From contig OY969934.1 in assembly GCA_963704725.1 (NCBI GenBank), positions 320,001 through 384,000 of the forward strand: DNA of 64,000 nt. Direction: 5' to 3'. How positions within the stretch are numbered: position 1 is the first letter of the stretch; the number at the start of each line of letters is the position of its first letter. Shown one piece after another: positions 10,103-18,988 of this stretch. A model generated the notes under the pieces. That model was given only the letters and a program-made list of their open reading frames with translations. It had not been told where the DNA came from and did not search any database. Both the position numbers and the translations under genes were made by a program. The stretch comes from an uncultured Actinomycetes bacterium. GTDB taxonomy: Bacteria; Actinomycetota; UBA4738; HRBIN12.

Positions 10103-10185
10103 TTGGACTCTCGATCCTGATCGACTCGCCGAATCCCTGGCGGAGTGGCACCAAACGAATCCGAGCGTTCCCACAAGGGGTCGAT

Positions 10186-10216
10186 TTGTCTACCGAGCGG
10201 TAGAGATGCATAATCT
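10186..10216 (+). promoter_or_regulatory. Promoter with palindromic operator for the lipid operon
   Basis: TTGTCT-17-CATAAT; TCTACCG-AG-CGGTAGA at 10189-10204 overlaps the -35 and spacer; GTG at 10222 is near-leaderless. Confidence 0.7.
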
Positions 10217-10221
10217 GCCGC

Positions 10222-12510
10222 GTGGTAGAGCCTCGGCGGCCCCGCGCGAGCTCGATCGTGAAGCGGCTCGCGGGCAGGAACGTCCTGGTCACGGGCGTGA
10301 CCGGCTTCCTCGGGCAGGCCGTGTTCGAGCGCCTCCTGAACGACTTCCCCGAGACGCGGATCACGCTGCTGGTCCGGCCCCAGCTCGGCTCGAGCGGGCG
10401 GCAGCGGGTCGAGTCGCTGTTCGGCCGGCCCACCTTCGGAGCCCTCCGGGACAAGCTCGGCAACGAGGGGATGAAGGCGGCCTTCGAGGAGCGGGTCGAG
10501 GTCGTCGACGGCGACTTCTCGCAGGAGGGGCTGGAGATCCCGGGCGGGATCGACGTCGTCATCCACTGCGCGGCCACCGTCTCGTTCGACCCGCCGATAG
10601 ACGAGGGGTTCCTGACGAACCTGCTCGGTGCGGTCCGCTTCTACGAGGCGGTCCTGGCGAGCAACGACGCCCCGCACCTGCTCCACGTCTCGACGGCGTA
10701 CGTGGCGGGCAACCGCAAGGGTGTGATCCCCGAGGCCACGCTCGACCATCGCGTCGACTGGCGGGTCGAGGCCGAGCTCGCGCTCCAGGCCCGCAAAGAC
10801 GTCGAGGCGGCCAGCCGCAAGCCCGAGCTCTTGGACTCGTTCCTGCGCAGGGCGCGAGCCGAGCACGGCCGAGCCGGCCCCCAATCGGTCTCCGACGACG
10901 CCGAGGACCGCCGCAAGACCTGGGTGACCAAGCGCCTCGTCCAGTACGGGCGGGCCCGGGCGCAGACGCTCGGGTGGCCGGACAACTACACGTTCACGAA
11001 GGCCATGGGGGAGCGCGCCGTCGAGGAGACCGCCGCCGCGCACGGCGCGCCGCTATCGATCGTGCGCCCCTCGATCATCGAGTCCGCGTACGCGCACCCG
11101 TTCCCCGGCTGGATCGAGGGCTTCAAGATGGCCGAGCCGATCATCCTGGCGTACGGCCGCGGCACGATCCCCGAGTTCCCCGGCATCCCCGAGGGCATCG
11201 TCGACATCATCCCGGCCGACTACGTGGTGAACGCGATGCTCGCGGCCGCAGCCACCCCGCCCGAGCCGGCGAAGCCCGCCTACTACCACGTGAGCTCGGG
11301 GTCCCGGAACCCCTTGCAGTACAAGGGCCTGTACGAGTACGTGAAGGAGTACTACGAGCGCGACCCGCTGCCACAGCACGGGCGGGGCGACGTGAAGGTA
11401 CCCGAGTGGTCCTTCCCCGGCCATCTCCGCGTGGAGCGGCTCCTCAAGACGGCCGAGCGCGCCGTCGAGGTGGCCGACAAGGTGGTCACCCACCTCCCGA
11501 AGTCGAAGAAGATGCGCGACCTTGTCGGCCGCCTTGATCGCGACAAGGGGCGGGTCGACTTCATCCGGCGCTACTCGGACCTCTACGGTGCGTACACCGA
11601 GGCTGAGGTGATCTACACCGACGACCGCACGGTGGAGCTGTTCGGCTCGCTCACCGCGGCCGACCGCAAGCGGTTCCCGTTCGACTCGGCCGCGATGGAC
11701 TGGCGCTACTACCTCCAGGACGTGCACTGCCCCGCGGTGACGCAGGGGCTGCGGATGCTGTCGAGCGCGCGACTGAAGCCCCAGGTCCGGATCCGCGAGC
11801 GCGAACAGCTCGTCCTGGCGCTCTTCGACATGGAGGGGACGATCCTGCCCTCCAACGTCGTCGAGTCCTACGTGTGGTCGCGCATGGCAGACCTGCCGTG
11901 GGACCAGTGGCCGGATGAGCTCGTCAGCGTGTTCTCGCGGATCCCCTCGTACCTGATGGCCGACCGCCGAGACCGCGGTGAGTTCCTCCGCACGTTCTTC
12001 CGCCGGTACGAGAACGCCACCGTCGAGGGCGTCGACCGGCTCGTAGAGGAGGTCGTGTCGGAGTTCATGCTCCAGAAGGTCTCGGCGGCGGCGGTCCGGC
12101 GGGTCCGCGAGCACCGCGCGCACGGCCACCGCACGATCATGATCACGGCCGCCGCCGAGCCGTTCATCCAGCCGCTCGCGCCGCTGTTCGACGAGGTGGT
12201 GGGGGCTCGGTTGGCGGTCGAGAACGGCATCTACACCGGCTACCTGGCCGAGCCGCCGCTCGTGGGCGAGGCCCGGGGAGCGTGGCTCCGCCGGTACGCC
12301 CTCCTCGAAGGGGCCGACCTGAAGTCGAGCTACGCGTATGCGGACTCGCACTCGGACCTCGCGCTCCTGCGGGCGGTCGGCAACCCCGTCGCCGTGAGCC
12401 CCGACGCGGCGCTCCTGCGCCTGGCCCGCCGCCGCCGGTGGCCGGTCGAGGAGTGGCAGATGGCCGGCGGCATGCCTCGCGTCCGTTTCCCGAAGCCGGC
12501 GGTGCGCTGA
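10222..12510 (+). CDS. Fatty acyl-CoA reductase (male-sterility type) fused to HAD-IB phosphatase
   Basis: TGVTGFLG, HVSTAYV, YTFTK, IVRPSII, PFPGWIEG; C-terminal FDMEGT, ITAA, YADSHSD..VGNPVAV. Confidence 0.9.
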   Translation: MVEPRRPRASSIVKRLAGRNVLVTGVTGFLGQAVFERLLNDFPETRITLLVRPQLGSSGRQRVESLFGRPTFGALRDKLGNEGMKAAFEERVEVVDGDFSQEGLEIPGGIDVVIHCAATVSFDPPIDEGFLTNLLGAVRFYEAVLASNDAPHLLHVSTAYVAGNRKGVIPEATLDHRVDWRVEAELALQARKDVEAASRKPELLDSFLRRARAEHGRAGPQSVSDDAEDRRKTWVTKRLVQYGRARAQTLGWPDNYTFTKAMGERAVEETAAAHGAPLSIVRPSIIESAYAHPFPGWIEGFKMAEPIILAYGRGTIPEFPGIPEGIVDIIPADYVVNAMLAAAATPPEPAKPAYYHVSSGSRNPLQYKGLYEYVKEYYERDPLPQHGRGDVKVPEWSFPGHLRVERLLKTAERAVEVADKVVTHLPKSKKMRDLVGRLDRDKGRVDFIRRYSDLYGAYTEAEVIYTDDRTVELFGSLTAADRKRFPFDSAAMDWRYYLQDVHCPAVTQGLRMLSSARLKPQVRIREREQLVLALFDMEGTILPSNVVESYVWSRMADLPWDQWPDELVSVFSRIPSYLMADRRDRGEFLRTFFRRYENATVEGVDRLVEEVVSEFMLQKVSAAAVRRVREHRAHGHRTIMITAAAEPFIQPLAPLFDEVVGARLAVENGIYTGYLAEPPLVGEARGAWLRRYALLEGADLKSSYAYADSHSDLALLRAVGNPVAVSPDAALLRLARRRRWPVEEWQMAGGMPRVRFPKPAVR

Positions 12511-12601
12511 TGAGAGGGATGGCGCCTTCCGAACGCGGTCGATCTCGAATTCGGTATCGAGTCGTCTCGGGAGGTCTGCATGTGTGCCGGGTGCCGGGCC
12601 G

Positions 12602-13807
12602 ATGACGGTCCAGGCGCTCGAGCTGTTCCGCTCGGCCCCGCGGTACCTGACGGCTCGCGCGGTGGGCGACAGGGTCCCCGGCCTGCTCTCCGGCGCCCTC
12701 GCCCCGATGCGGCTCGTGAACAAGAAGGACCCCGAGGTGAAGGGCCCCGGCTGGGCCCGTGTGCGCCCCCTGCTCTCCGGTATCTGCGGCTCCGACCTCG
12801 CCACGATCAGCGGCAAGTCGAGCTTCTATTTCTCGCCGCTCGTCTCGCTCCCGTTCGTCCCCGGCCACGAGGTCGTGGGCGAGCTGATCGACGACGTCGA
12901 CGACCTCCCCGCCGGCACGCGGATCGCGCTCGAGCCGGTCCTGTCGTGCCTGGCCCGCGGCCTCGACCCGTGCCCGAACTGCGCCGCCGGCCTCACCGGC
13001 CGGTGCGACCGCGTTACCACCGGCCACGTCAGCGCCGGCCTCCAGACCGGGTACTGCGCCGACACCGGCGGGGGCTGGTCGAGGATGTTCGTCGCGCACC
13101 GGTCGCAGCTCCACCCGGTGCCGGACGAGCTCTCCGACCGCCGCGCCGTGCTCGTCGAGCCGCTCTCGTGCGCCGTCCACACCGCGCTCCGCGCGAACGT
13201 CGAGCCGAACGCGAACGTGCTCGTCGTCGGCGCGGGGACGGTCGGCGTCCTCGTCCTCCTCGCGCTGAAGGAGCTGACGAAGGCGGGCCGGATCACCGTC
13301 GTGGCCAAACACGGCGCCCAGCGCGAGTGGGCGAGGGCGTTCGGCGCCACCGAGGTCGTCGACACGAAGGAGGCCACGAACGCCGTCCGCCGCTCGAGCC
13401 ACGCGATGAAGCTGAAGCCCGAGTACGGGCCCTCGTTCCTGCTCGGCGGTGTCGACGTGGCGATCGACTGCGTGGGCTCGAAGGCAAGCCTCGACCTGGC
13501 GCTCCGGACCACCAAGGCGGGCGGGCGCGTCGTTGCGGCCGGCATCCCCGGCCCCGGCGCCGACCTCACGCCGCTGTGGTACCGCGAGCTCGAGCTCGTC
13601 GGCGCCTACACCGGCGGGATCGAGACCGTCGAGGGCGAGCAACGCAGCGCCTTCGACCTCGCCATCGACATCGCCCGCGAGAACCCGATCGACGGGATCG
13701 TCGGCGCGACCTACCCCCTCCCGCGGTGGCGCGAGGCCATCGACCACGCCCTCGGCGCGGGCAAGCTCGGCACGCTCCGCGTGGCCTTCGACCCTCGAAA
13801 GGACTGA
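12602..13807 (+). CDS. Zinc-binding dehydrogenase (MDR)
   Basis: GICGSD, GHE, C..CPNC..C, GAGTVG. Confidence 0.9.
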   Translation: MTVQALELFRSAPRYLTARAVGDRVPGLLSGALAPMRLVNKKDPEVKGPGWARVRPLLSGICGSDLATISGKSSFYFSPLVSLPFVPGHEVVGELIDDVDDLPAGTRIALEPVLSCLARGLDPCPNCAAGLTGRCDRVTTGHVSAGLQTGYCADTGGGWSRMFVAHRSQLHPVPDELSDRRAVLVEPLSCAVHTALRANVEPNANVLVVGAGTVGVLVLLALKELTKAGRITVVAKHGAQREWARAFGATEVVDTKEATNAVRRSSHAMKLKPEYGPSFLLGGVDVAIDCVGSKASLDLALRTTKAGGRVVAAGIPGPGADLTPLWYRELELVGAYTGGIETVEGEQRSAFDLAIDIARENPIDGIVGATYPLPRWREAIDHALGAGKLGTLRVAFDPRKD

Positions 13808-13815
13808 GACCAACC

Positions 13816-15402
13816 ATGGCGCGACCGGGTTTCGTGTTGGAAGTCGACGAGCGGACGCCTCCGCTCCTCGTCCACCAGGGCGAGGGGTTCCGGCTCCAGA
13901 AGTTCCCGCTCGGCTCGCGGGTGATCTACCCGCCGGACTCGCTCCCGGCGATCCGCAACGTCCGCGGCGCGATCCGCCACGCCCTCGAGCACCCCGTCGA
14001 CGCCGAGCCCCTCCGCGAGTTGCTCACGCCCGGCATGAAGCTCACGATCGCGATCGACGACGTCTCGCTCCCGCTCCCGCCGATGCGGAGCCCCGACGTC
14101 CGCCAGCTCGTGCTCGAGGAGGTCATCGAGCTCGCGGCCCACGAGGGCGTCGAGGACGTCAAGCTCTACATGGCCAACTCGCTGCATCGCCGGATGACCG
14201 CCGACGAGATCAAGCACGCCGTCGGCGAGCGCGTGTTCCGCTCGTTCTACCCGAAGGACCTCAAGAACCACGACGCCGAGGACCGCGACAACCTCGTCTT
14301 CGTCGGCACCACCGACCAGGGCGAGGAGGTCGAGCTCAACAAGCGGGCCATGGAGTCGGACCTGCTCGTCTACGTGAACATCAACCTCGTGGCCATGGAC
14401 GGTGGCCACAAGGCCGTGCCGGTCGGCCTGGCGAGCTACCGCAGCGTCCGCCATCACCACAACGTGCACACGATGCTGCACTCGAAGTCGTACATGGACC
14501 CCCGGCCCGGGCGCTCGGCGATCCACGACTCGTGCGCCCGGATGGGCCTCGTGCTGAAGGACGCCGGTCTGAAGATCTTCCAGATCGAGACCACGCTGAA
14601 CAACGAGACCTTCCCCAAGCCCTTCGGCTTCATGAACAAGCGCGAGTGGGAATGGTCGCTGATCGAGCAGGGCACGTACCTCGCGGCGAAGAAGGCCAAC
14701 GAGCTCGGCCCGAGCGCAGCCAAGCACCAGATCTGGACGCGGATCGAGTCGCCCTACGGCGTGACCGGGGTCAACGCCGGCGCCGTCGACGGCGTGCACG
14801 AGCGGACGCTGGCCCGCTTGCACGAGCAGCAGCTCGTCGAGGTGCAGGGCCAGAGCGACGTCATGGTGATCGGCCTGCCGTACGTCGGCCCGTACAACGT
14901 GCACTCGATCATGAACCCGATCCTCGTGCACTGCCTGGGGCTCGGCTACCTGTTCAACATGTACCGGAACAAGCCGGTGGTGCGGCCGGGCGGCGTGATG
15001 ATCCTGTTCCACCCGATGCCGAACGAGTTCCACCAGGTCCACCACCCGAGCTACGTCGACTTCTTCGAGGAGGTCCTGGCCGAGACCACCGACCCCAGCA
15101 CGATCGAGTCGAAGTACGAGGAGCGGTACGCCACCGACCCCTGGTACATACACCTGTACCGCAAGAGCTACGCGTACCACGGCGTGCACCCCTTCTACAT
15201 GTGGTACTGGGGCGCGCACGCGCTCGACTACCTCGGCGACGTGGTGGTGGTCGGCGGTGACGCCAAGGTGTGCGAGCGCCTGGGCTACCGGGCGGCGTCG
15301 AGCTTCCGCGACGCGCTCGAGATGGCCGGCGAGAAGGTGGGCCGCTCGCCCTCGATCAGCTACCTCCACGTGCCCCCGTTGGCGATCGCGGACGTGCGAT
15401 GA
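13816..15402 (+). CDS. Lactate racemase-like (LarA N / DUF2088) domain protein
   Basis: ALEHPVDAEPL, IAIDDVSLP, ANSLHRRMT, NHDAED, DGGHK, PGGVMIL. Confidence 0.8.
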   Translation: MARPGFVLEVDERTPPLLVHQGEGFRLQKFPLGSRVIYPPDSLPAIRNVRGAIRHALEHPVDAEPLRELLTPGMKLTIAIDDVSLPLPPMRSPDVRQLVLEEVIELAAHEGVEDVKLYMANSLHRRMTADEIKHAVGERVFRSFYPKDLKNHDAEDRDNLVFVGTTDQGEEVELNKRAMESDLLVYVNINLVAMDGGHKAVPVGLASYRSVRHHHNVHTMLHSKSYMDPRPGRSAIHDSCARMGLVLKDAGLKIFQIETTLNNETFPKPFGFMNKREWEWSLIEQGTYLAAKKANELGPSAAKHQIWTRIESPYGVTGVNAGAVDGVHERTLARLHEQQLVEVQGQSDVMVIGLPYVGPYNVHSIMNPILVHCLGLGYLFNMYRNKPVVRPGGVMILFHPMPNEFHQVHHPSYVDFFEEVLAETTDPSTIESKYEERYATDPWYIHLYRKSYAYHGVHPFYMWYWGAHALDYLGDVVVVGGDAKVCERLGYRAASSFRDALEMAGEKVGRSPSISYLHVPPLAIADVR

Positions 15403-16304
15403 GCTTCGTCGACGAGATCCGCGACGTCGCCAAGGGCTGGCGGTGGGGCCGCCGGACGATGACCCCGCGCTCGGCCCTCGAGTCGACGCCGCCGCCCAAG
15501 CGCTGGGACTTCCCCACGGACTGGGCCAGGACCGACGCGGCCGGCGTGGCGCGGGACGTGATCCTGGACTACGGGATCAAGTCGATCATCTGGAACGAGA
15601 CGAGCCCCGAGGTCTTCGGCCTCGACAACCTCGAGGGGCTGAAGGGCCCGGTGATGTTCATCTCGAACCACTCGAGCCACCTCGACGCGTCGATCCTCAT
15701 GGTCACGCTGCCGAAGGACTGGCGCGAGAAGACCGCGACCGCGGCGGCCAAGGACTACTTCTTCGACGTGTGGTGGCGCTCGGCGTTCACGGCGCTCGTG
15801 TACGCGGGCTTCCCGGTCGAGCGCGGCGCCGGCGAGCGGGCCACGGCCAAGGCCAAGGAGCTGATCCGCGACGGCTGGAACATCATCGTGTTCCCCGAGG
15901 GGACGAGGTCGGTCGACGGCTGGCTCCAGCGCTTCCGCCACGGGACGGCCAAGCTGGCCCTCGAGATGCACATGCCGGTGATGCCGGTGGCGATCGTCGG
16001 CGCATACGCGGCGATGCCGAAGGGCCGGTCCTGGCCCAAGCCGGGCCGGCCGCCGATCCGGGTCCGGTACGGCAAGCCGCTGTTCCCGGCCGAGGGCGAG
16101 ACGCACCAGCAGCTCTCGCTCCGGATGCAGCAGGCCGTGGCCGAGCTGTTCGACGAGGACCGCACGAGCTGGTTCGAGGCCCAGCAGCGCGCCGCCCGCG
16201 GCGAGACCCCCAAGATGACCGGCCCCCAGGGCCCCGGCTGGCTCCGGACCTGGGAGGGCACGAGGCCGATCCGCCGCAGCGGCAAGCCCCCGGTCTGGAA
16301 GTGA
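15399..16304 (+). CDS. PlsC-family (lysophospholipid) acyltransferase
   Basis: NHSSHLD, FPEGTRS; ATGA overlap. Confidence 0.9.
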   Translation: MSFVDEIRDVAKGWRWGRRTMTPRSALESTPPPKRWDFPTDWARTDAAGVARDVILDYGIKSIIWNETSPEVFGLDNLEGLKGPVMFISNHSSHLDASILMVTLPKDWREKTATAAAKDYFFDVWWRSAFTALVYAGFPVERGAGERATAKAKELIRDGWNIIVFPEGTRSVDGWLQRFRHGTAKLALEMHMPVMPVAIVGAYAAMPKGRSWPKPGRPPIRVRYGKPLFPAEGETHQQLSLRMQQAVAELFDEDRTSWFEAQQRAARGETPKMTGPQGPGWLRTWEGTRPIRRSGKPPVWK

Positions 16305-16308
16305 TCAG

Positions 16309-16917
16309 GTGACGCGCACGGGCGGCGAGGTCCGGCGCCACGCGCTCATCGAGGAGGCCATCCGCGCGTTCGGCCGCGAGGGCTACTCGGGCGCGAGCCT
16401 CGAGCAGATCGCGACCGCCGTCGGGATCCGCAAGCAGACCCTCCTGTACTACTTCCCGACCAAGGATGCGCTCCTCGAGGCGTGCCTCCAGGCCGCCGGT
16501 CAGCGCGTCGCCCAGGACGTCGTCGCCGCCCTCGAGGGCAAGGAGACCTACTGGGACCGGGCCGAGGCGGTCATCCACGCCGTCTTCCGCCTCGCCGAGG
16601 AGTGGCCCGAGTTCCCCATGTTCGTTCGGGAGGCGGGTCGGCTCGGCGCCGAGGGGTTCGAACGGTTCGCGAGCGTGATCGACCCGCTGAGGAAGCGGGC
16701 AGTGGACTTCCTCCAGGCCGGGATGGATGCGGGGGAGATCCGAGAGCAGGACCCCGCGTTGCTGCTGTTCATGCTGTACACGGCGGTGGTGGGATCGCTC
16801 ACTGAGGCGAGCGTCCTGAATGCCGTGGTCGGAAAGGACAGGAGCCGCGCTTCACTTCGTCGGCGTGAACGAGAGGTTGTCTCGTTCGTTCGGGGCGCCC
16901 TGGCGCCCGCCGTGTAG
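16309..16917 (+). CDS. TetR/AcrR family regulator
   Basis: GYSGASLEQIATAVGIRKQTLLYYFPTKDAL. Confidence 0.9.
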   Translation: MTRTGGEVRRHALIEEAIRAFGREGYSGASLEQIATAVGIRKQTLLYYFPTKDALLEACLQAAGQRVAQDVVAALEGKETYWDRAEAVIHAVFRLAEEWPEFPMFVREAGRLGAEGFERFASVIDPLRKRAVDFLQAGMDAGEIREQDPALLLFMLYTAVVGSLTEASVLNAVVGKDRSRASLRRREREVVSFVRGALAPAV

Positions 16918-16939
16918 TCCTCGCCCTTCTTTGACAGGT

Positions 16940-17326
16940 CTAGGCAGTTTGCGCGAGGCGCCTGGGATTGCCCGTGAAGCTCTCCTCGTGCGCCACACCC
17001 GTCACCGAAACAGGGGCCTGCTGTGCTGACGTCACGGCCTCTCGCAAGGCGGCCAGGAGGTTGTTGCTTGTCCCGGTTCCTGCCTCGACCGTGTACCTGG
17101 GGCTGAGGTAGGCCTTGAGCGCTTGCCGCACCACATCTGAGTAGCTGACGTCGAGGTCTCTTGCGGCACGCCGCAGTAGTTCTGCATCTTCTGAAGACAA
17201 GCGGACGGTAATTGTGGCGCCCAGTGGTCGGCGCGGGGCGCCGGCTTCAGACGTCTCGTCCTCACCCCACACATTCGAGTCGTCCTTGTGAGCCTGGTAG
17301 AAGGCTGCGCGCTCCATATCCGACAT
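16940..17326 (-). CDS. CopG/RHH antitoxin (BrnA-like) with C-terminal extension
   Basis: TITVRLSSEDAELLRRAARDLDVSYSDVVRQAL, downstream of the BrnT-like gene. Confidence 0.7.
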   Translation of the reverse strand: MSDMERAAFYQAHKDDSNVWGEDETSEAGAPRRPLGATITVRLSSEDAELLRRAARDLDVSYSDVVRQALKAYLSPRYTVEAGTGTSNNLLAALREAVTSAQQAPVSVTGVAHEESFTGNPRRLAQTA

Positions 17327-17341
17327 CTCCGCTCCTCGCTT

Positions 17342-17626
17342 TCACTTCGCCAAGTACTTCGCTTCCTCTTCCTTCGTAGGCCGCCAGCCGGTAACTGCCC
17401 TAAGCCACAGCGTCCGTTCGTTCATCGAGACCACGATCGTAAGCGGTCGGCCAGCGTCGGTGCGACCGACCATCTTCCAGTCTGCGCTCCCGCCGGCCTT
17501 ATTCGGAGCCCACTTGGGTGCGTTCCAGAAGACTTCCTCGACTTCCCAAGGGCGGATCTCGTGTGCCGCAAGCTCGCTCTCGTTCGCTTCATCCCACTCC
17601 AACCCCTCGCTGTCCCTTGGGTGCAC
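17342..17626 (-). CDS. BrnT-family RNase toxin
   Basis: LEWDEANE..HEI...EVEEVF..GRTDAGRPLTIV..RAVTGW. Confidence 0.8.
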   Translation of the reverse strand: MHPRDSEGLEWDEANESELAAHEIRPWEVEEVFWNAPKWAPNKAGGSADWKMVGRTDAGRPLTIVVSMNERTLWLRAVTGWRPTKEEEAKYLAK

Positions 17627-17644
17627 TTGTCAACTCCCGCCATC

Positions 17645-17676
17645 TGTCTTACACTTCAGCCCAGAATGTAATACAT
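17645..17676. promoter_or_regulatory. Putative RHH operator sites between divergent genes
   Basis: TGTCTTACA (17645-17653) and near-palindrome ATGTAATACAT (17666-17676). Confidence 0.45.
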
Positions 17677-17694
17677 CTGAAAGGGGTCGACAAC

Positions 17695-18120
17695 ATGCAG
17701 GTTGACTACGTGGTCCTGGCGGATGCCGCCGTGACGGCGGACGGGAAGCACTACATCCACGGTGCTGGGTGGGACACGATCTACGCGGCGGCGTTCCCAG
17801 TGCAACACCCGCTGCTTGCCGTGGCTGTGCGGCTCCGAGTGCCGTGGACGGCGACGAACCAGCCCCATTCGCTGGAGTTGGATATCGTCGATGAGGACGG
17901 GCGCTCAGCGTTGCCGGAGCCGCCAGGCGTGCTGAAGGGTGAAATCAACGTTGGCCGACCGCCTCAACTGCAGCCGTCCCAAGACCAAGTTGTCCCCCTG
18001 ACCTTCAATCTGCGGTCGCTCACCTTTGAGAAGCCAGGAGGCTACTCCGTTGTGGTCCGCGTCGACGGAAGCGAGGAAGGAAGATCGCCATTCAAGGTCG
18101 CTGAAGTGCTTGGTGGCTGA
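17695..18120 (+). CDS. DUF6941-like hypothetical protein
   Basis: VLADAAVTADGKHYIHGAGWD..PGGYSVVVRVDG, beta-rich. Confidence 0.7.
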   Translation: MQVDYVVLADAAVTADGKHYIHGAGWDTIYAAAFPVQHPLLAVAVRLRVPWTATNQPHSLELDIVDEDGRSALPEPPGVLKGEINVGRPPQLQPSQDQVVPLTFNLRSLTFEKPGGYSVVVRVDGSEEGRSPFKVAEVLGG

Positions 18121-18165
18121 TTGGCCAGTCGAAGCCAGTGACGGGGAAGGTGCGCGAGGCCGCTG

Positions 18166-18855
18166 CTAGGGGCCCGCCAGGAGATGCTCGAGGCCATCCA
18201 GGATCAGGTCGAGCGCGAACTCGAACTCGAACTGGTCGTCGCACCCCTCGCCGACCACCGCGCCGCCCTCGTCGTGCGTCCCCATGGCCACCGGGATCAG
18301 CTTCGCGATGTTCGGGTAGGCGTCGGCCATCTGCGTCCACATCTCGGCCGCTTCCTCCTCGGGCATGCTCGACGTGTCGTCGAACAGCTCCTGCGAGAAC
18401 CCCAGGATCCGACTGCCCATCACGTGCATCGCGTGGTGCGTCAGGTCGATCGAGAAGCCGCCGGCGAGGAAGACGCCCATCATCGAGTCCATGTAGGCGA
18501 TGACGGTCGGCGTCGGCTCGCCGCGGGACTCGAGCACGCGCGAGGCCCAGGGGTGGCGCAGCAGCGCGCGTCGGGCGGACAGGATCCGCTCGCGCATCGT
18601 CGTCTTCCACTCCGCGCCCTCGATCGGCGGGTCGATCTCGCCGACGACGACGTCGATCATCCCGTCGAGGAGCTCGCCCTTGTCGGCGACGTGTTTGTAG
18701 AGCGCCATCGGCACGACGCCGAGCTCCTGGGCGATCCGCCGCATGCTGATCGACTCGACGCCGCCCTCGTCGGCCAGGGCCACCGCCGCCCGGAGGATCC
18801 GCTCGCGGCTGAGCGGCTCGCGGGGACGTGCCTCGACCTCGGCCTTCGCGCTCAT
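18166..18855 (-). CDS. TetR family regulator with TetR_C domain
   Basis: LSRERILRAAVALAD..SMRRIAQELGVVPMALYKHV; FEFALDLILDGL. Confidence 0.92.
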   Translation of the reverse strand: MSAKAEVEARPREPLSRERILRAAVALADEGGVESISMRRIAQELGVVPMALYKHVADKGELLDGMIDVVVGEIDPPIEGAEWKTTMRERILSARRALLRHPWASRVLESRGEPTPTVIAYMDSMMGVFLAGGFSIDLTHHAMHVMGSRILGFSQELFDDTSSMPEEEAAEMWTQMADAYPNIAKLIPVAMGTHDEGGAVVGEGCDDQFEFEFALDLILDGLEHLLAGP

Positions 18856-18878
18856 CTCACCCCCGTCCGGAATCTGAC

Positions 18879-18934
18879 TTGACGAGTGTACGACGTACAC
18901 CCTAGGATACGCGCGCAGGTGTACGGCGTACACC
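18879..18934 (+). promoter_or_regulatory. Promoter with two TetR-type palindromic operators
   Basis: GTGTACGnCGTACAC at 18886-18900 and 18919-18933; TTGACG-18-TAGGAT. Confidence 0.8.
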
Positions 18935-18988
18935 AGCGAACGAGGGGCCGGCGGAGGGGCTCGCCGGCGGGACGGATCGGAGGGATCC

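Noticed and set aside
12511-12601. 90-bp spacer with a short ORF inside the lipid operon
   Set aside because: No coding or repeat signal I can support; at most an insertion scar
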